From assembly GCA_946965045.2 (NCBI GenBank), contig OX337242.1:1984001-2048000 (forward strand): a stretch of DNA of 64,000 nt. The letters run 5' to 3'. Within the stretch, counting starts at the first letter, position 1. Each line of letters starts with the position of its first letter. Source of the DNA: Epithemia pelagica. Its lineage: Eukaryota > Protista > Bacillariophyta. The position numbers and the translations under genes were made by a program. The notes under the pieces are model-generated. The model saw only the letters and a list, made by a program, of their open reading frames with translations. It searched no databases and was not told where the DNA came from. This document shows positions 43,707-56,200 of this stretch, piece by piece.

Positions 43707-44663
43707 ACTGCCTTGTTGCGGTTTCTTGTGGACATGCCAGTATCCGCATTTTGTCATTTCCGGAAACAGCCATTGCGTTGGAGCAGAATCGTTGGATGTG
43801 ATTGTTCTCACGCGCAATCGCTTGAACGATCACGCTTTCCCTTCATTCTGCATGAATCTTCATCGGTCTTGTCATGTCCAGATGAGCTGACGTCAAGAAA
43901 ACCATGCGCTGTGATCGCGATTCGCGATGGGCCCCAAAGAATCAATCTCTTGAATTGACTCTTTTGTCGGGTTTCTCACCGGAAAGCAGCACTCATAAGT
44001 TGCATGACGCATTTTATGGGATGCAGTCGCGGGAGAGGAAGGGACGGCAGGCGTTTGGGGGGAATTGGGAATGAGCGTTATATCCACGTATTTCGTACGG
44101 TGAATTACCGTTAAAGCTGTTGTCTCCAGTACAAATTGCTTCTATAGTAATCATTCCATTCATGAAATCAATTAAGTGTTATGGGCAGATAACCGTTGAG
44201 GACATGAAAGAAAATATTTTGTCGATTGAGGCAATTGTAATCTGAAGGGCAGACTCGGACCATATCCTTAAGTAAGTGAACCAGTGGAAGCAGTTCTTCC
44301 ATCCGACTGCGCCCCCGGGCATTCGAGACTGTACGGAACTGAAATAATTTCTAGGACGAGTACACAAAATATAAATGGAACCCAACGAACCTACAACCTA
44401 CCGAGAACAAATTGGCAGACAGTGCCACAAAACCATCAACATCAACCACGGCCACGAAAGATTCAACCATCGTCATACAACTTCTAGACTTAGCCATAAA
44501 AAAGCCATCTCAAAGCTACCGTTCATTTATTCCACATCCATTCTCTGCTTTCAATTCGCTTGTCTATTAGTCAAGGCAAGATCCTATTGGCGGGTGGATC
44601 TGGACACTTGTTGTTGATCCTCTGTCGCCAGAACTTAAGTAACACTCAAGGCCCACCTGCATC

Positions 44664-46319
44664 ATGATCGAAGACTGCTTTCTCGAAGACTGTCCTATAT
44701 GTTTGGAGGAAATGCAAGAGGAGGATTTGACTCATCCATTGCAGTGCCAGCATCATTGTGGATACAACTTTTGTCAGGGATGTATCGAAAGTTTGATTGT
44801 TTCCTCCAAGGACGATTATATGGAAGCAAGTGATGGCAATCGTCACGTCAAGGTATTTCTTCATTGTCCCAATTGCAGGTCCAATCTCAGTGCGACCATC
44901 CGCGATACCCTACTGCTTCGCAAAGCTGACACGGTACGTCGCATCGTCAAACAACAGCAAGAGCAAGAGGAAAATGGCTTCCCAGAAGAGGAGAAACATG
45001 AAGTTCCAATCGAATTGACGGAATCCCAGAAGCGACTGCTCGACGTCTTGAACACGACGCAAGTGAAGGATGCCATCAAGAAAGCACGAAAGCTCGAGGC
45101 GGAATACATGGGTATGAAACGGATGGAGACATTGTCATGGTCGTTGCGCTCCAGTGGAGCATCCAGTTGTTCCAATGCATCTCTGGCTCAGCTGCGACAA
45201 GAAGCTCTGGCATCTTCCTTTTTTACTAGTATTGACGAATGGGGCATTGAGGCAGATTTAATCAACGGTGTTCACGAGTCGATCCGCATGCCACGAGTGT
45301 CAAACAAGAACAAAAGAGAAGAAAGCAAGGTGGACAATTCGGTCAAGGAAGATGCGACGCTGTTTGCGGGACTTGAAGACTTTTTGAATGGTGAACAAAA
45401 GAAACAGATCACGATGCAAATGACTAGTGGCGATCCTAATCAGTTGGCTGCAGCAGCTCTTGAGCTCTGGCATGTCCTCCACGACGATGGCCATGGTACT
45501 AGTACTATGAGTGACAATAATACAAGTTCCATCCCGGAGCGCCGACAACGTTTCTCGAAAAGATCCTCCGTCTTTCAACTGATTGCCGAAGCTCAAGAAG
45601 CCCATGAGAAACAAATGGGTGCGAATGGAGGAGAAGAGAAAAAGACGGCAGAGTTGCTGGATCAGCAGTATCGTGTCCTCAACTCGGCACAGTCTGCGGC
45701 GGGCAATGAACGCAGGTCGTTGGTTGGGAGTAACTTGAAGCGCCAAGTTGCCTTTCAAAAGGCGTTTCCATTGCCCGTTCGCATGCCCAAAACAGTCGAG
45801 CTGCAAGTTTCGGAGGAGTACGATTTCCACAACCAGATGATCCAGTTGGTGGACTATGAATGGGACGGCACAGTCATTGATGCCTTTCGCAAAATCTCGA
45901 TTGGATTTCTCGGCAATGTCAATCAACAGAGTCCTCCTCGAAGCAACCAAGGAGTTCAGCGCATTTTGGGCCGTGGTCTGGATGGACAGGTGGAATTTCC
46001 GGGACAAAAACGAGTGCTGATTCTTGAGGCAGGTCGACAAGCTGGCAGGCAAGGGGCTGTCCGCGGCGACGTGGTGACTCATATCAATGGACAACCCGTC
46101 CATGAGATTGTCAATGGTGCCGATGCAAAGGCAGAACATGTCACTGCCACGGATGTGGAGCGCAAATTAATGTTGCTTTTGCAGAAACAACAACATCAGC
46201 GTCAAGGACGGGAATCCAAGGTGGATAAAACTATGGTAACATTGAACGCCGAACGCTCGGTCGCAGAAGCCCTGCAGCGGCGTGCATGGACCATCGCCAG
46301 AGAAGAAGATCAGCTTTGA
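44664..46319 (+). CDS. RING-finger protein with C-terminal PDZ-like region (putative E3 ligase)
   Basis: CPICLEE...C.HHCGYNFCQGC...CPNC; AGRQGAVRGDVVTHINGQPV. Confidence 0.75.
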   Translation: MIEDCFLEDCPICLEEMQEEDLTHPLQCQHHCGYNFCQGCIESLIVSSKDDYMEASDGNRHVKVFLHCPNCRSNLSATIRDTLLLRKADTVRRIVKQQQEQEENGFPEEEKHEVPIELTESQKRLLDVLNTTQVKDAIKKARKLEAEYMGMKRMETLSWSLRSSGASSCSNASLAQLRQEALASSFFTSIDEWGIEADLINGVHESIRMPRVSNKNKREESKVDNSVKEDATLFAGLEDFLNGEQKKQITMQMTSGDPNQLAAAALELWHVLHDDGHGTSTMSDNNTSSIPERRQRFSKRSSVFQLIAEAQEAHEKQMGANGGEEKKTAELLDQQYRVLNSAQSAAGNERRSLVGSNLKRQVAFQKAFPLPVRMPKTVELQVSEEYDFHNQMIQLVDYEWDGTVIDAFRKISIGFLGNVNQQSPPRSNQGVQRILGRGLDGQVEFPGQKRVLILEAGRQAGRQGAVRGDVVTHINGQPVHEIVNGADAKAEHVTATDVERKLMLLLQKQQHQRQGRESKVDKTMVTLNAERSVAEALQRRAWTIAREEDQL

Positions 46320-46872
46320 GGTGTGTTGATAATTGACAGTGGGTGTGAAGCTATATCATGTTGCGCGTTCAAACGCAGCAACACCTTTGACGTGAAAAAG
46401 TGTTTGTTAAAAGTTGTCGTCCCATCAGATACATGTGTTCCCGATCAAATTTGTGTAAATATACGGGTGAAAAGTAAAAAGCTATAGGACAACGAAAGTG
46501 AAGAATTACTTTTTGGCCACAAACCTTTCCTTACTTGTATACATGGCCTCTGATCGCAAGCTTTCCATAGGGAGCATTCCATATTCCATAGGGCAACAGT
46601 CACAACGACCATTCATTGTGCGTTGGACAATTACTCGGAGGCATTTAGCATTGTAGTCTAGTGTGATCAGTGTATAAGAAGAATGGGAATGGGAAAACAG
46701 GATACAAACCATTCCAAAGCATCAAACTACTATAACGAGTGAGTGTTTCGGTTCGCAACTGAAAATAACTAGAGTTTTTACTGCAAGCACATGTTTGATC
46801 TACAATGAGAATCTGTTCCACTCTCGCACACACACACACCACAAGTTTCGTGTCATTCACAACAGTCCGGTA

Positions 46873-48696
46873 TTACTCAATTTCACGCTCCTTCTTCTCG
46901 TCCTCCGTTTCTTTTTCATCTGCCGCGGGCGTGGGTGTAAACATGGGTTTTCCATCCTTTTCGCGCATCACCAAGAAAATGACAAAGACCAACAATCCCG
47001 CAGCAAAGGCGGCACTAATGGTGATGCCGGCAATGGCACCCGACGACAAGCCATCGTCGCCCGAAGAGGTGGGACAATTGATAAACTGTGCCTTGGCCAG
47101 ATCGTAGCTCCACTTGGGATTCAAGTCAACGTTGGAATAGGGAGCCGAGTAGGGCAACAATTGCGTGACGGGCTGCTCCAAACCGGCAAATTCGGCCTCC
47201 AAGAATCGGCCCTTGTCGACTGCGTGAATAATGGCCTTGCGAACTTCAATATCATCCGTGGGAGTGCGGTTGGTGTTCATGACCAAATTAGCATTCTGCA
47301 AGACATCTGAATGACGCACATCCAAAATGTTGCTACTTTCCACCTTGAACTTGAGATCTTGAACTTGTTGAGCCGAGAGGGGACCTATGCCCAAGGCCAT
47401 GTCCAGCGTTTGATCCAACAAGGCCTCTTCAATTGCTTCTTTACTTTCAAAATGCAAGACTTCCAGAAAGTCAATCTCAGGAGGACCGCCCCAGTAGTCT
47501 TCAAAGCCTTGAAACAAGACCCGTTCATCAATGGCTTCGTCCGAACCTTCCTTGAACTCACGGGACACAAATCGAAAGGGCCCGGTCCCAATAGGTGCCG
47601 ACAAACCAAGACAGGTAACATCCTTCTCCAAATGATCCCACTTATCACCAAAATCTCCGGCATTGCATGAATTGTGCAAATCCGGGTCCGAATCTAGTCC
47701 TTCGGCAAAGGCCTCGGCAGAGGCAAAGGTCAAGGGACGAATGTACGACAATTCTTGAACCAAAGGATAAAACTTGGTCGAAGTTTCCAAGACAAATTGA
47801 CCCTCATCGTTGCACGTCCACGAAGTTAGCAAGGACGTCAAGCCAAACCAGGCATGACGCTGCTTGACGGTATCGGACAAGACATGGTCAAAGTTGAGCT
47901 TGGCCACGGCACAGTTCCAATCACTGCCGTCGTGAAACTTGGTGTTTTTGCGCAAATCAAAGGTTGCACGTTGGCCGCCACTTGGCAATTCTTCAACGGT
48001 CCAATTTGTGGCGAGAGCCGCTTCCAAGTCTCCATCTTGTCCATAATAAACAAGTCCTTCGTAAATCCAAGATTGCGCAAACAGCTGGTTTGGAAAGTAT
48101 TGATGAGGGTTCATGGGACCAATGGACTTGAAGAGGGATCCACCTGCTCCAGGAGCAACAGTGACATTGTTGGAGCCTTCCAAAACCTTGAGGCCAGCAA
48201 TTGGATATGAATAGGTCTGTGGACTGGGCGTGAAACCACCCAAGCGACGATTAATGACATATGGGATTCGAGTTCCCCACAAGGGCAAGAAAATGGCTTG
48301 CTGATGAATGTCATTCAAAATGGTCTTCCATTGAGCCTGAATCTCAGATTCGACCAAGGTTTGCTGCACACGGTCAATGTCATCCAACAATGCTTCACGT
48401 GTAAGAGGTGGTTCAAAACCGTCAATGGCCGAGTATTCGACGTGACTCGGTACCTCCCAAGAATTCAAGTATGTGTGGGGATCGTAGGGACTACCCCAGG
48501 TCCGGGAGAACAAGAGATTGTACTCGCCCGATCGTTCACGTTCAATGTACGTTTCTGAGTCCACAATCTGCGTCTTGACAGTGATACCAATCTTGGCCAA
48601 GTCTTCCACAATGTAAGACTCTACGGCTTGCATTTCAGGATCATCTTCCTTGACAATAAAGATCACTTCACGTTTAATGCATTGATCGGTCGACAT
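46873..48696 (-). CDS. nikA: Circularly permuted NikA-like nickel/metallophore solute-binding protein (SBP family 5) with C-terminal TM anchor
   Basis: GPMNPHQYFPNQLFAQSWIYEGLV...RHAW...YIRP...GTGP (the NikA N-terminal half) lies downstream of RTWGSPYDPH...VPSH...IHQQAIFLP (the NikA C-terminal part). TM GAIAGITISAAFAAGLLVFVIFLVM. Confidence 0.9.
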   Translation of the reverse strand: MSTDQCIKREVIFIVKEDDPEMQAVESYIVEDLAKIGITVKTQIVDSETYIERERSGEYNLLFSRTWGSPYDPHTYLNSWEVPSHVEYSAIDGFEPPLTREALLDDIDRVQQTLVESEIQAQWKTILNDIHQQAIFLPLWGTRIPYVINRRLGGFTPSPQTYSYPIAGLKVLEGSNNVTVAPGAGGSLFKSIGPMNPHQYFPNQLFAQSWIYEGLVYYGQDGDLEAALATNWTVEELPSGGQRATFDLRKNTKFHDGSDWNCAVAKLNFDHVLSDTVKQRHAWFGLTSLLTSWTCNDEGQFVLETSTKFYPLVQELSYIRPLTFASAEAFAEGLDSDPDLHNSCNAGDFGDKWDHLEKDVTCLGLSAPIGTGPFRFVSREFKEGSDEAIDERVLFQGFEDYWGGPPEIDFLEVLHFESKEAIEEALLDQTLDMALGIGPLSAQQVQDLKFKVESSNILDVRHSDVLQNANLVMNTNRTPTDDIEVRKAIIHAVDKGRFLEAEFAGLEQPVTQLLPYSAPYSNVDLNPKWSYDLAKAQFINCPTSSGDDGLSSGAIAGITISAAFAAGLLVFVIFLVMREKDGKPMFTPTPAADEKETEDEKKEREIE

Positions 48697-49157
48697 GATG
48701 TATGAGAAATAGAATGATACTGCAAATGTAGGTCACAAAAGATCTCGACCAAGAGAAAGAATCTTTGGTATCCTCCTTTTACTCTCTGCTTATTCGATGC
48801 AAAACAGGAGAAATAAACATGGATGAGTTTTCGGACAACCGTTGCCGTAGGTCAAACATGGTCAAAACGTACTCTGCAACCCTGGGTCTAAACAACGTTC
48901 CGCTTCTTCTTCGGCCTCGTTGAAAGAAATGGGGAAGGAATGGTGCCAAAGTTTCAAAAAGATTTTGGCCACAAAAGATCTGGGTTCTTTCTACCTCGAC
49001 TACCCAAACGTGCAGAGAGTTCGCGAAGAGGCCTCATTTTTTACACTTCCCCAACTTTTGACAATGGCCATAAAGCGCCTTTGTATCTTGTATCAATCAA
49101 AAAGGCCTCTCGTCGTCATCGCGAAAGAGATCCAACTAGCTAGGCCCAATTTCAACA

Positions 49158-49781
49158 GAGTGAAGTGATTGTCACACCACATCAATTCTTGCAGCAGTTG
49201 TCCAGAATCCTGCATCCTGACACAAACGTCAAAAGCCATCGAGAATCCAGTGAAAAGTGCTCTTCACGCTTCTCAGTTCTCAGTCACACTGGTTGTTGAT
49301 TTAGCCCATTCCTTCGATTTGACCGACCAACGACAATAATTATTGCGCTATTGTATTCACCAAACACACCACTTAACGTCCCTTTTTGTGTTTGACAGTC
49401 TTTTGACACAGCCTCCAGCCTCCCATTCCCAACTCTCATGGTAGTTCGCGAACAGGCCTTATTTTTCATACTCCCCAACAATGGCAACAAAGAGCCTTTG
49501 ACCGAATCACTATCACGGAGTTAAGTGATTGTCACCACATCAATTCTTGCGCTGGCAGCAGCAGTTGCCCATAATCCTGACACCCTCAAGCCATCAAAAT
49601 CTACAAGTAGAATTCAGAGACAAGTGAAAGTGTTCTGACTTCTGACGCGCTTTTCATTCATCCGTCACCCGTCACACTGATTCGCCGAGTCCGTTCATTG
49701 GATTTGACCAACGATAATTTTTGTATTCTCCACACAGCACTTAACGTCTCTTTTTGTGTTTGGCAGACACTCCCATGGTAG
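49158..49781. repeat. Degenerate direct duplication: 49158-49444 vs 49518-49781 (RecQ last codons plus 3' flank)
   Basis: Shared blocks aagtgattgtcac..cacatcaattcttgc, gtcacact, gatttgacc..caacga, cacttaacgtc.ctttttgtgtttg.cag, catggtag. Confidence 0.85.
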
Positions 49782-52440
49782 GTGGTGGTGGAGGAGGAGG
49801 AGGAGGAACCGATCGCTTGGATTGAGACTTGGCCAACAGGGCCTCTCTGGCGGCACGTACCTTGGCCAATTCCTCTTGCAAGCGAGCAGCATCCGAGGCC
49901 AGGTCTGTACTGGATTTGCTCTCGGGCTTGTTCCCCTCCGAATAGGCATTTTGAAAATGCTGCATCGGGTCTGGGGCGGACAGTCTCAAATGCTGAGGAA
50001 TGATAACGCTCTTGTTCGTTGTGGCACGCGTTTCGTCCTCATCCTGATCGTCGTCCTTTGGACCTGCTTTGACTCGGGCCCGAAAGTTTACAAACCCGCT
50101 CTTTTTGTTCTCCAGACACTCAATCGCCTGTCACGCAACAATCCAACAAGTTCCATCAGAACCAAAATCAAGCTCCAATCATTCAAGGACCATGATCGTA
50201 CCTCATACTTTGCCAACAAGGAATCTACGGACTTGGCGGATTTCTTGCCGCGTCTGCTGCTCTTGTCTTGTGCAAAATCCGGCTCTCCAACACCAGTGCT
50301 TCGAATCAAGAGCCCGTCGGCTTCCTCTCGTTCGTTATTCCACGTATCCGCTTCGTCGTCGTCCTCCGAGTCTCCATGAGGACCACTCCATTGACCATCC
50401 CATTGATTCTTGTTGGTGGTGGTGCGGTTGGTAGAAAAGGAAAACTCTTTGGTCGCATGTGCCGCCTCGATGCACCGATGTACCTTATCGGGAGTTTGGC
50501 AAAAATCGCACTTGCGTTGACAAACGGTTCGTGGATCAGTGTTGGGTTCTCCAAAGAATTGTAACAAATACTTTCGACGACATCCTGGCTTCATGCAATA
50601 TTCCATCATCCGTTCCAGTGCGCCCAAGGCCCGTTCGGGGCCCTTCTTTTGATGACTGGCAAGGTACTGAAATCGCGATGCTTCTTCCTTGGAAAAGTAC
50701 ATCAAACTCACCGAGGGAAGACCATCTCGCCCCGCTCTCCCTGACTCTTGATAAAAGGCCTCCACGCTCTGCCATGTTTCAATCAAGTTTGATATAACGT
50801 TGATCAGAAGGGCACAGTTCATTTCATTATCTCCACCTTCCGTAAGTCACGCACTTACCTTGGACAAGGTCCAATGGACGACATAGCGTACGTGAGCGAG
50901 GTCAATCCCCATGCCTGACAAAAAAGATATGGTCAGTCTCAACCAACGCAACACAAACCACTCCGAAAGTGTTGCACGTACCAAAGGCGACAGTCGCCAC
51001 GGCAATGGGCGCCGCACCGGACATCCACGCCTGTTGCATCTCCAACCGATCGACATCCTTCATTCCTCCGTGGTAGGCAATTGCGCGAATGTCCGTGTGT
51101 TTTGAGAGTTCTTGAGCCAACTCTAAGGTATCCGTTTGTTTGTGTACATAGACAATGCCATTGCAAGGACTGTTCGTGTGTTGATCTTTGATGAAGGAAA
51201 TCAGATCCCCCAGGGCTCCATGGACACGATTGTCGTTCGTTTTCTGGCTGGTATCGTCAAAGTCCAAAACTTCCTTGTATCGTACTTGGTAGGTTATATT
51301 GGTTCGATCAAAGGATCCGATATGGCAGGGTTCCTTGTCAAACCTCAATACTTGTCGAATGTCTCGAAGGACCGAGGGCGTAGCAGTGGCCGTACAAGCC
51401 ATGAGAGGAACGGTGGGAAAGGTACCTCGGACCCAACTCAATTGTTGTCGATAGGCCGTCCGGAAATCGTGTCCCCATTCACTAATGCAATGAGCTTCAT
51501 CGACCGCAAAACAAGTGAGACGTTGTTGACCGTGCAGTTCCTGCAAGACGGATCGGAATCGTTCCGTCTTGAGTTGTTCTGGTGTGCAATACAAGAGTGT
51601 GACAGGTCGTGGTGGATGAATGAGCGACGAAGTAGCGGGCGATTTGTTACCCTTTTTTTTGTTTTTACTCCGCAGCGATCTTCGAAGCAGTCGTTCGAGG
51701 AGATCCAACTTTTTGCCTTCGGACAATTGCGAAGACAAAAAGGCGGCGTCAATTTTCTTGTCCAACAAAGCTTGAACTTGATCAGCAATGAGTGCCTTCA
51801 GTGGAGAAATGACAATTGTGGTACCTCCCAGTACCAATGCCGGCAATTGAAAGCAAAGGGATTTTCCGCCTCCAGTTGCCAGGACGACAATTTGACTTTG
51901 TTGTTGCAATGCACAGTCAACGGCCTTGGGTTGCAAATTGCGAAGTTTGGCTATCCCAAATACGTCTTGCATGATTTTTTCGGACTTTTGCTTGAGCTCA
52001 GTGTTGGGAACATTCATAAGGGTTTTGAAGGGAGCCTTATAGATCGAAGAGGAACTGTCCGTAGTTGCCGAAAACATCGTTCCGATGGGTTTGGCACTCG
52101 AGGAAGTTGCATTCTTCACCACTGAATCCTTTTGTGTGGGAGAACTGTCCTTGGATTTCTTGTCGATAGCAGGTTGTGTTTTTGCCTTTTTGACTCGAGT
52201 CTGTTCCTTGGCCACAAGTGTGCCAAACAGGGTTGTTTGGCGTTTCTTTTTGTTGGTGATGGTGGTGTGTTTGGTGGATGATGTTGTTGTGGTTGTGGCA
52301 AGTTTTAACATGCCGCTGCCTTTTCTGGTCTTCTCTGTCGTTCCAGCGTCCGCATCACAAGCCGTGCCGCATATCTCGCACTGCGTTTTACCATTGTCCG
52401 CGTTCCAAAAGGTACAAGCGGAACAAGACCATCCCATCAT
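49741..52440 (-). CDS. RecQ-family DNA helicase with N-terminal RanBP2-type zinc finger; exons 52440-50982, 50914-50859, 50768-50202, 50127-49741
   Basis: WSCSACTFWN..CEICG; ATGGGKSLCFQLPA, FAVDEAHCISEWGHDFR, ACTATAT, YHGG, VATVAFG|MGID, FYQESGRAGRDG, CRRKYLLQFFGE..C..KCDFC. Introns at 50915-50981, 50769-50858 and 50128-50201 splice in frame. Confidence 0.93.
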
Positions 52441-53286
52441 TGACTACCTACCTAATACGCCGCAGAAAAGTGCGAAGAAGGATCGTTTGGGTCGCGCGTC
52501 ACGCTGACCGTCAGACAGACAGCAGTCCTGCTTGCACGCGGGCCGGTGCTTTTGATTGACCGGCGCCCAATACCCGAATTTCAGTCCCCAAAACTTGATG
52601 CCAATCTCGTTTCCAGAAACTGGTGGAGCTACCCTGCGATACATATTCAAAACTAGGAGTAGGTTGTTAGTCCAAGTCTCCGATGAAGGTCTACCTATAA
52701 CTCAAAACATTCAAGCAGTGGCCAAGTGGTACAGCAGTGGCTTTTCTGTTGTTCCTGGGCTGACACTATTCGTAGGAAGCTTCTGTTTAACGGTTATCCC
52801 GGGCCATGGTCAATCATCTCGTTTGTCAATGACATCAACCAACTACCGTGGGTGTAGGTAGGTTTTAGGACGGCAACGAAAACTCCAAAGAGGCCATGTT
52901 GCTCACCAAACTTTGCGCCGTGCGTATGGAGGATGCGCATGTCGACTTTTCCAACCGAATGGAGTCAGTTGATGGAAGTATGGTCGAGATTTTGCATCGA
53001 ATGCAATGTGGCGCATGGAACAGATTGTAGAATCAAAGGTTTCATGACAATGAAATGGATTCCTAGGGTAGCATTGCCCTCTAATGGGTACACACTTTCG
53101 GATAATGTTGGAAAGAATGGTCCTCATTTGTCAAACTTTATGGTGCGAATAGCGTAAAAAGAGGCGACACCCAAATCCATCAAACCTTCATTTAACTGTG
53201 AAAGAATATCCATTGGGCTTAACGTTGTTGCGTACCATGGTCAGTGCCTTTGGTGCCTGTTCTGTTTCATTCTGACGATTTGAATC

Positions 53287-56200
53287 TCATGTATCCGTAG
53301 TGCTGCTGGTTAACTCAGCGGACGATGGGTGATCTTTGACAAACTCAGCGGATGGGTGTTCTTTGATAGCCAAAGCGGAATGAGGTTCATCTGATGGGGT
53401 CGAGTTGATCGTATTTGCCCCCAGAAAATCTGGTTGCGGATGACTCGATCCAGCAGTCGTCGGTAAGGAGGCCTCTCCTGCATCTCCTGTTGGATACGCG
53501 GTAGTGGGTTCCATTCCTTCGGCGCTACTTGCAGTGGATAATGGAAGTTGTTGGGTCAGAACGGGCGTTTGCAGAGATCCTCCAAACCGACTTTGAATCA
53601 CCCCTTCCAGAGAGGAACTATCGTCCCGTTGATCCTCCGATGGACTACAATGTTCACTGCCCGGTGGTTGCTGATCGGGGGCAACCACTGCTTCATGGTC
53701 ATACTCGGGTTCCGTTTTGGACGGCGTTCCTCGTGTGAGAAATGGATAGTTGATGAGATTATGATGAAAGGACGGCCGCGGTGCGCCCGCCATGAATTTT
53801 GGTAAGAAATAAATCACGAGGGTGGCAATCACGTCGCAACTTGAAATCAGACTCCGAGCCGCTGCCAAGTCAGCCTTGTTCAATTCCAAGACATGGGTAA
53901 TGGTCCGAATGACGGCAAAGACAAATAGCGAATAAATCAAGGTTGCCAGAGTACGAACTTCCACCACATCGCTTCGCACTTTGCGGGTCTGAAAGGCCAA
54001 GATGGACGCACACAACAGCAACAAGGCTTGCCACGAAGCTTCCAAGAGGTTCCAAAAATCAGCATCTTGACCACAATAATATGTTTGTTCAATAATGGTA
54101 TAAGATTGTTCCCCGCGTCCATTTTCATTCTCGCCATTGGTGCTGGCTGTGAATTCATCGTCTGTGAGTTGTGCTTCACTCTTCTTGCGGGGTGGATCGA
54201 GTGCCGTCCACGCCGTCAACGAGAGACCCACAATGATGGCAATGACCAAGACGGCACCAAACAAGGATGATTTTTGTACTGTGATGCGCCGCAAATTTTG
54301 AGCCGCCAGATAAAGCCGTGAAATGGCCGCCATGCGTACCACCAGGGGCACCAACTCTAGGGTATAGCCGTAGTTGATAAGCCAAATGATAGAGACACAA
54401 ATGGCATTGGTGGGTGGTTGGACGGCCGTCATAAAGGCACCGACGGACACCAACAACAAACCGACCAACAAAAGGGTCAAAAATTCAATTGATACGTTGC
54501 GAATTTTCTTCCGATAGAGAAAGGTCACCCAACCGAATACCAAAGTCAGAAAGGTTGCCACACAGGCGGCGGTCATAGCTGCCACGACCAAAGGGTCCCA
54601 TTCCTCGTCGCGTGAATCCACTACCATCCGAGGGTAGCTTCGAGGGACAAAGGCTCCCAGATAATCGTAATTTTCCACGACCCAGGTACACACGGCATGC
54701 CTGGTATTGAAACTATATTTCTCGTCTCGATAAGTGGGATCAGAACTTCGATTTAACCAGGTTGTAAAGAGTTCACCATATTGGAGATCATTGATCAAAA
54801 AGTTTTTGACGGCTCGATAGGCAGGACTGTGTAGGGCAGAAGGTTGATCCGGAGGATTAGATTGCTGAAATAAGGAGGTACCGATAACCTTCAAGAGGGC
54901 TTGAAACTGCTCGTCGCAAGCACCCCTGCTATCTCCGATCTGAACCGATAGATTGCCATTGCACCGATCAACCGGCTTGGCTTGATGATTTACACATTCT
55001 TGTGTAGGCGGCGGTAAGCTCACGCGATGCATTTCCATATCGGTACCAATGTATTGCTGATACAAGGCTTCGGGCGTCCACCAATGCAGCAGGACATTGG
55101 ATTTGGTAGCATTAGCGGCGGCCCATATCTGGGTCATTTGTTGATAGGTGTATCCCCGTGCAATGGGATCCTGTGGTCCACTGCTCTGTAAACCAATATC
55201 CAAGTGGTACGTTTGTTGCGTAACGAAACTCGACCATCCACATGGAAAATCGACAATCTGAAAGGAGTAGCGAGTAGCACAAGGAGATACGAAACAACCA
55301 GTGAGGACAATTGTTTGAGGATGAGCAGAACCTGACTTGTCCGCATGGCAACAACGCATACCAGACAACTTGACGAGTGGTAGAAATGGATGAAATCCAT
55401 CTAATCATGGGCCAAAGTGTGCATGGGAACCCAAACCTGATAATTTGAACTTACATGGCCAGTGCAATTGTCAGACCAGGTCTCGCAATCATTTTCGGTG
55501 GTATTCCGAAAGTACCCACGAAAGGTGCCTTCCAAAAAGTACATTTTCCCTTCTTCTTTGGTCGCCGGAGCACGAGTGGCAACCTCACTGGGTGTTTCAC
55601 ATTGGTCTGGTGATTCCTCTTCACAATACTCTTTCCAGGAGGTGGGACGCGGCAGGGCGGCCGCCAATTTGTGTCGGTTGGTTGGTCCCTGCAATCCCAA
55701 ATACGTGGTAAAGGAGGTATCGTTGGCTGCCATGTGTTTGGGAATGAACCATCCCTGCCCACCCAAGGCACCCAACCCGGTGGGAGCTTCAATAGTGTTG
55801 TTGTCGTGCAATTCTCGTAATGTTAAATAGTGACCGTTCCACACTTCTGGAATGACATGCCCACAAGATTGATAATCACTGTCTTCTTCATTGCTTTGCT
55901 CGTCCTCCTCGTCCACATTTCTATTTCTTTGGGGATTCCTCAATTTTCGGGTTTTGGAATTCGCCAGTCGACAATCCTGGTATTGGACCGATGTCTTGAG
56001 GGACTTCCAATCGTTGCCCTCGCCATAATCCATGGCCATGTGTGGATCGTAAAAGTCCATTCGTCCCTGAGGAATGCCCGTTTCAATCGTGGCGGGAACT
56101 TGCAAAAATTCCACCAAGAGAATCTGCAAGATCCAGGCACTGAAAATGGCCGATTCCCAATTTTGACTCACAATTCGGACTTCAGGATATTGCAACAAGG

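Noticed and set aside
48870-49130. Protein-like minus-strand stretch (LWHHSFPISFNEAEEEAERCLDPG) as an upstream exon of the nikA-like gene
   Set aside because: It is bounded by stops, and I found no splice pair that joins it in frame.
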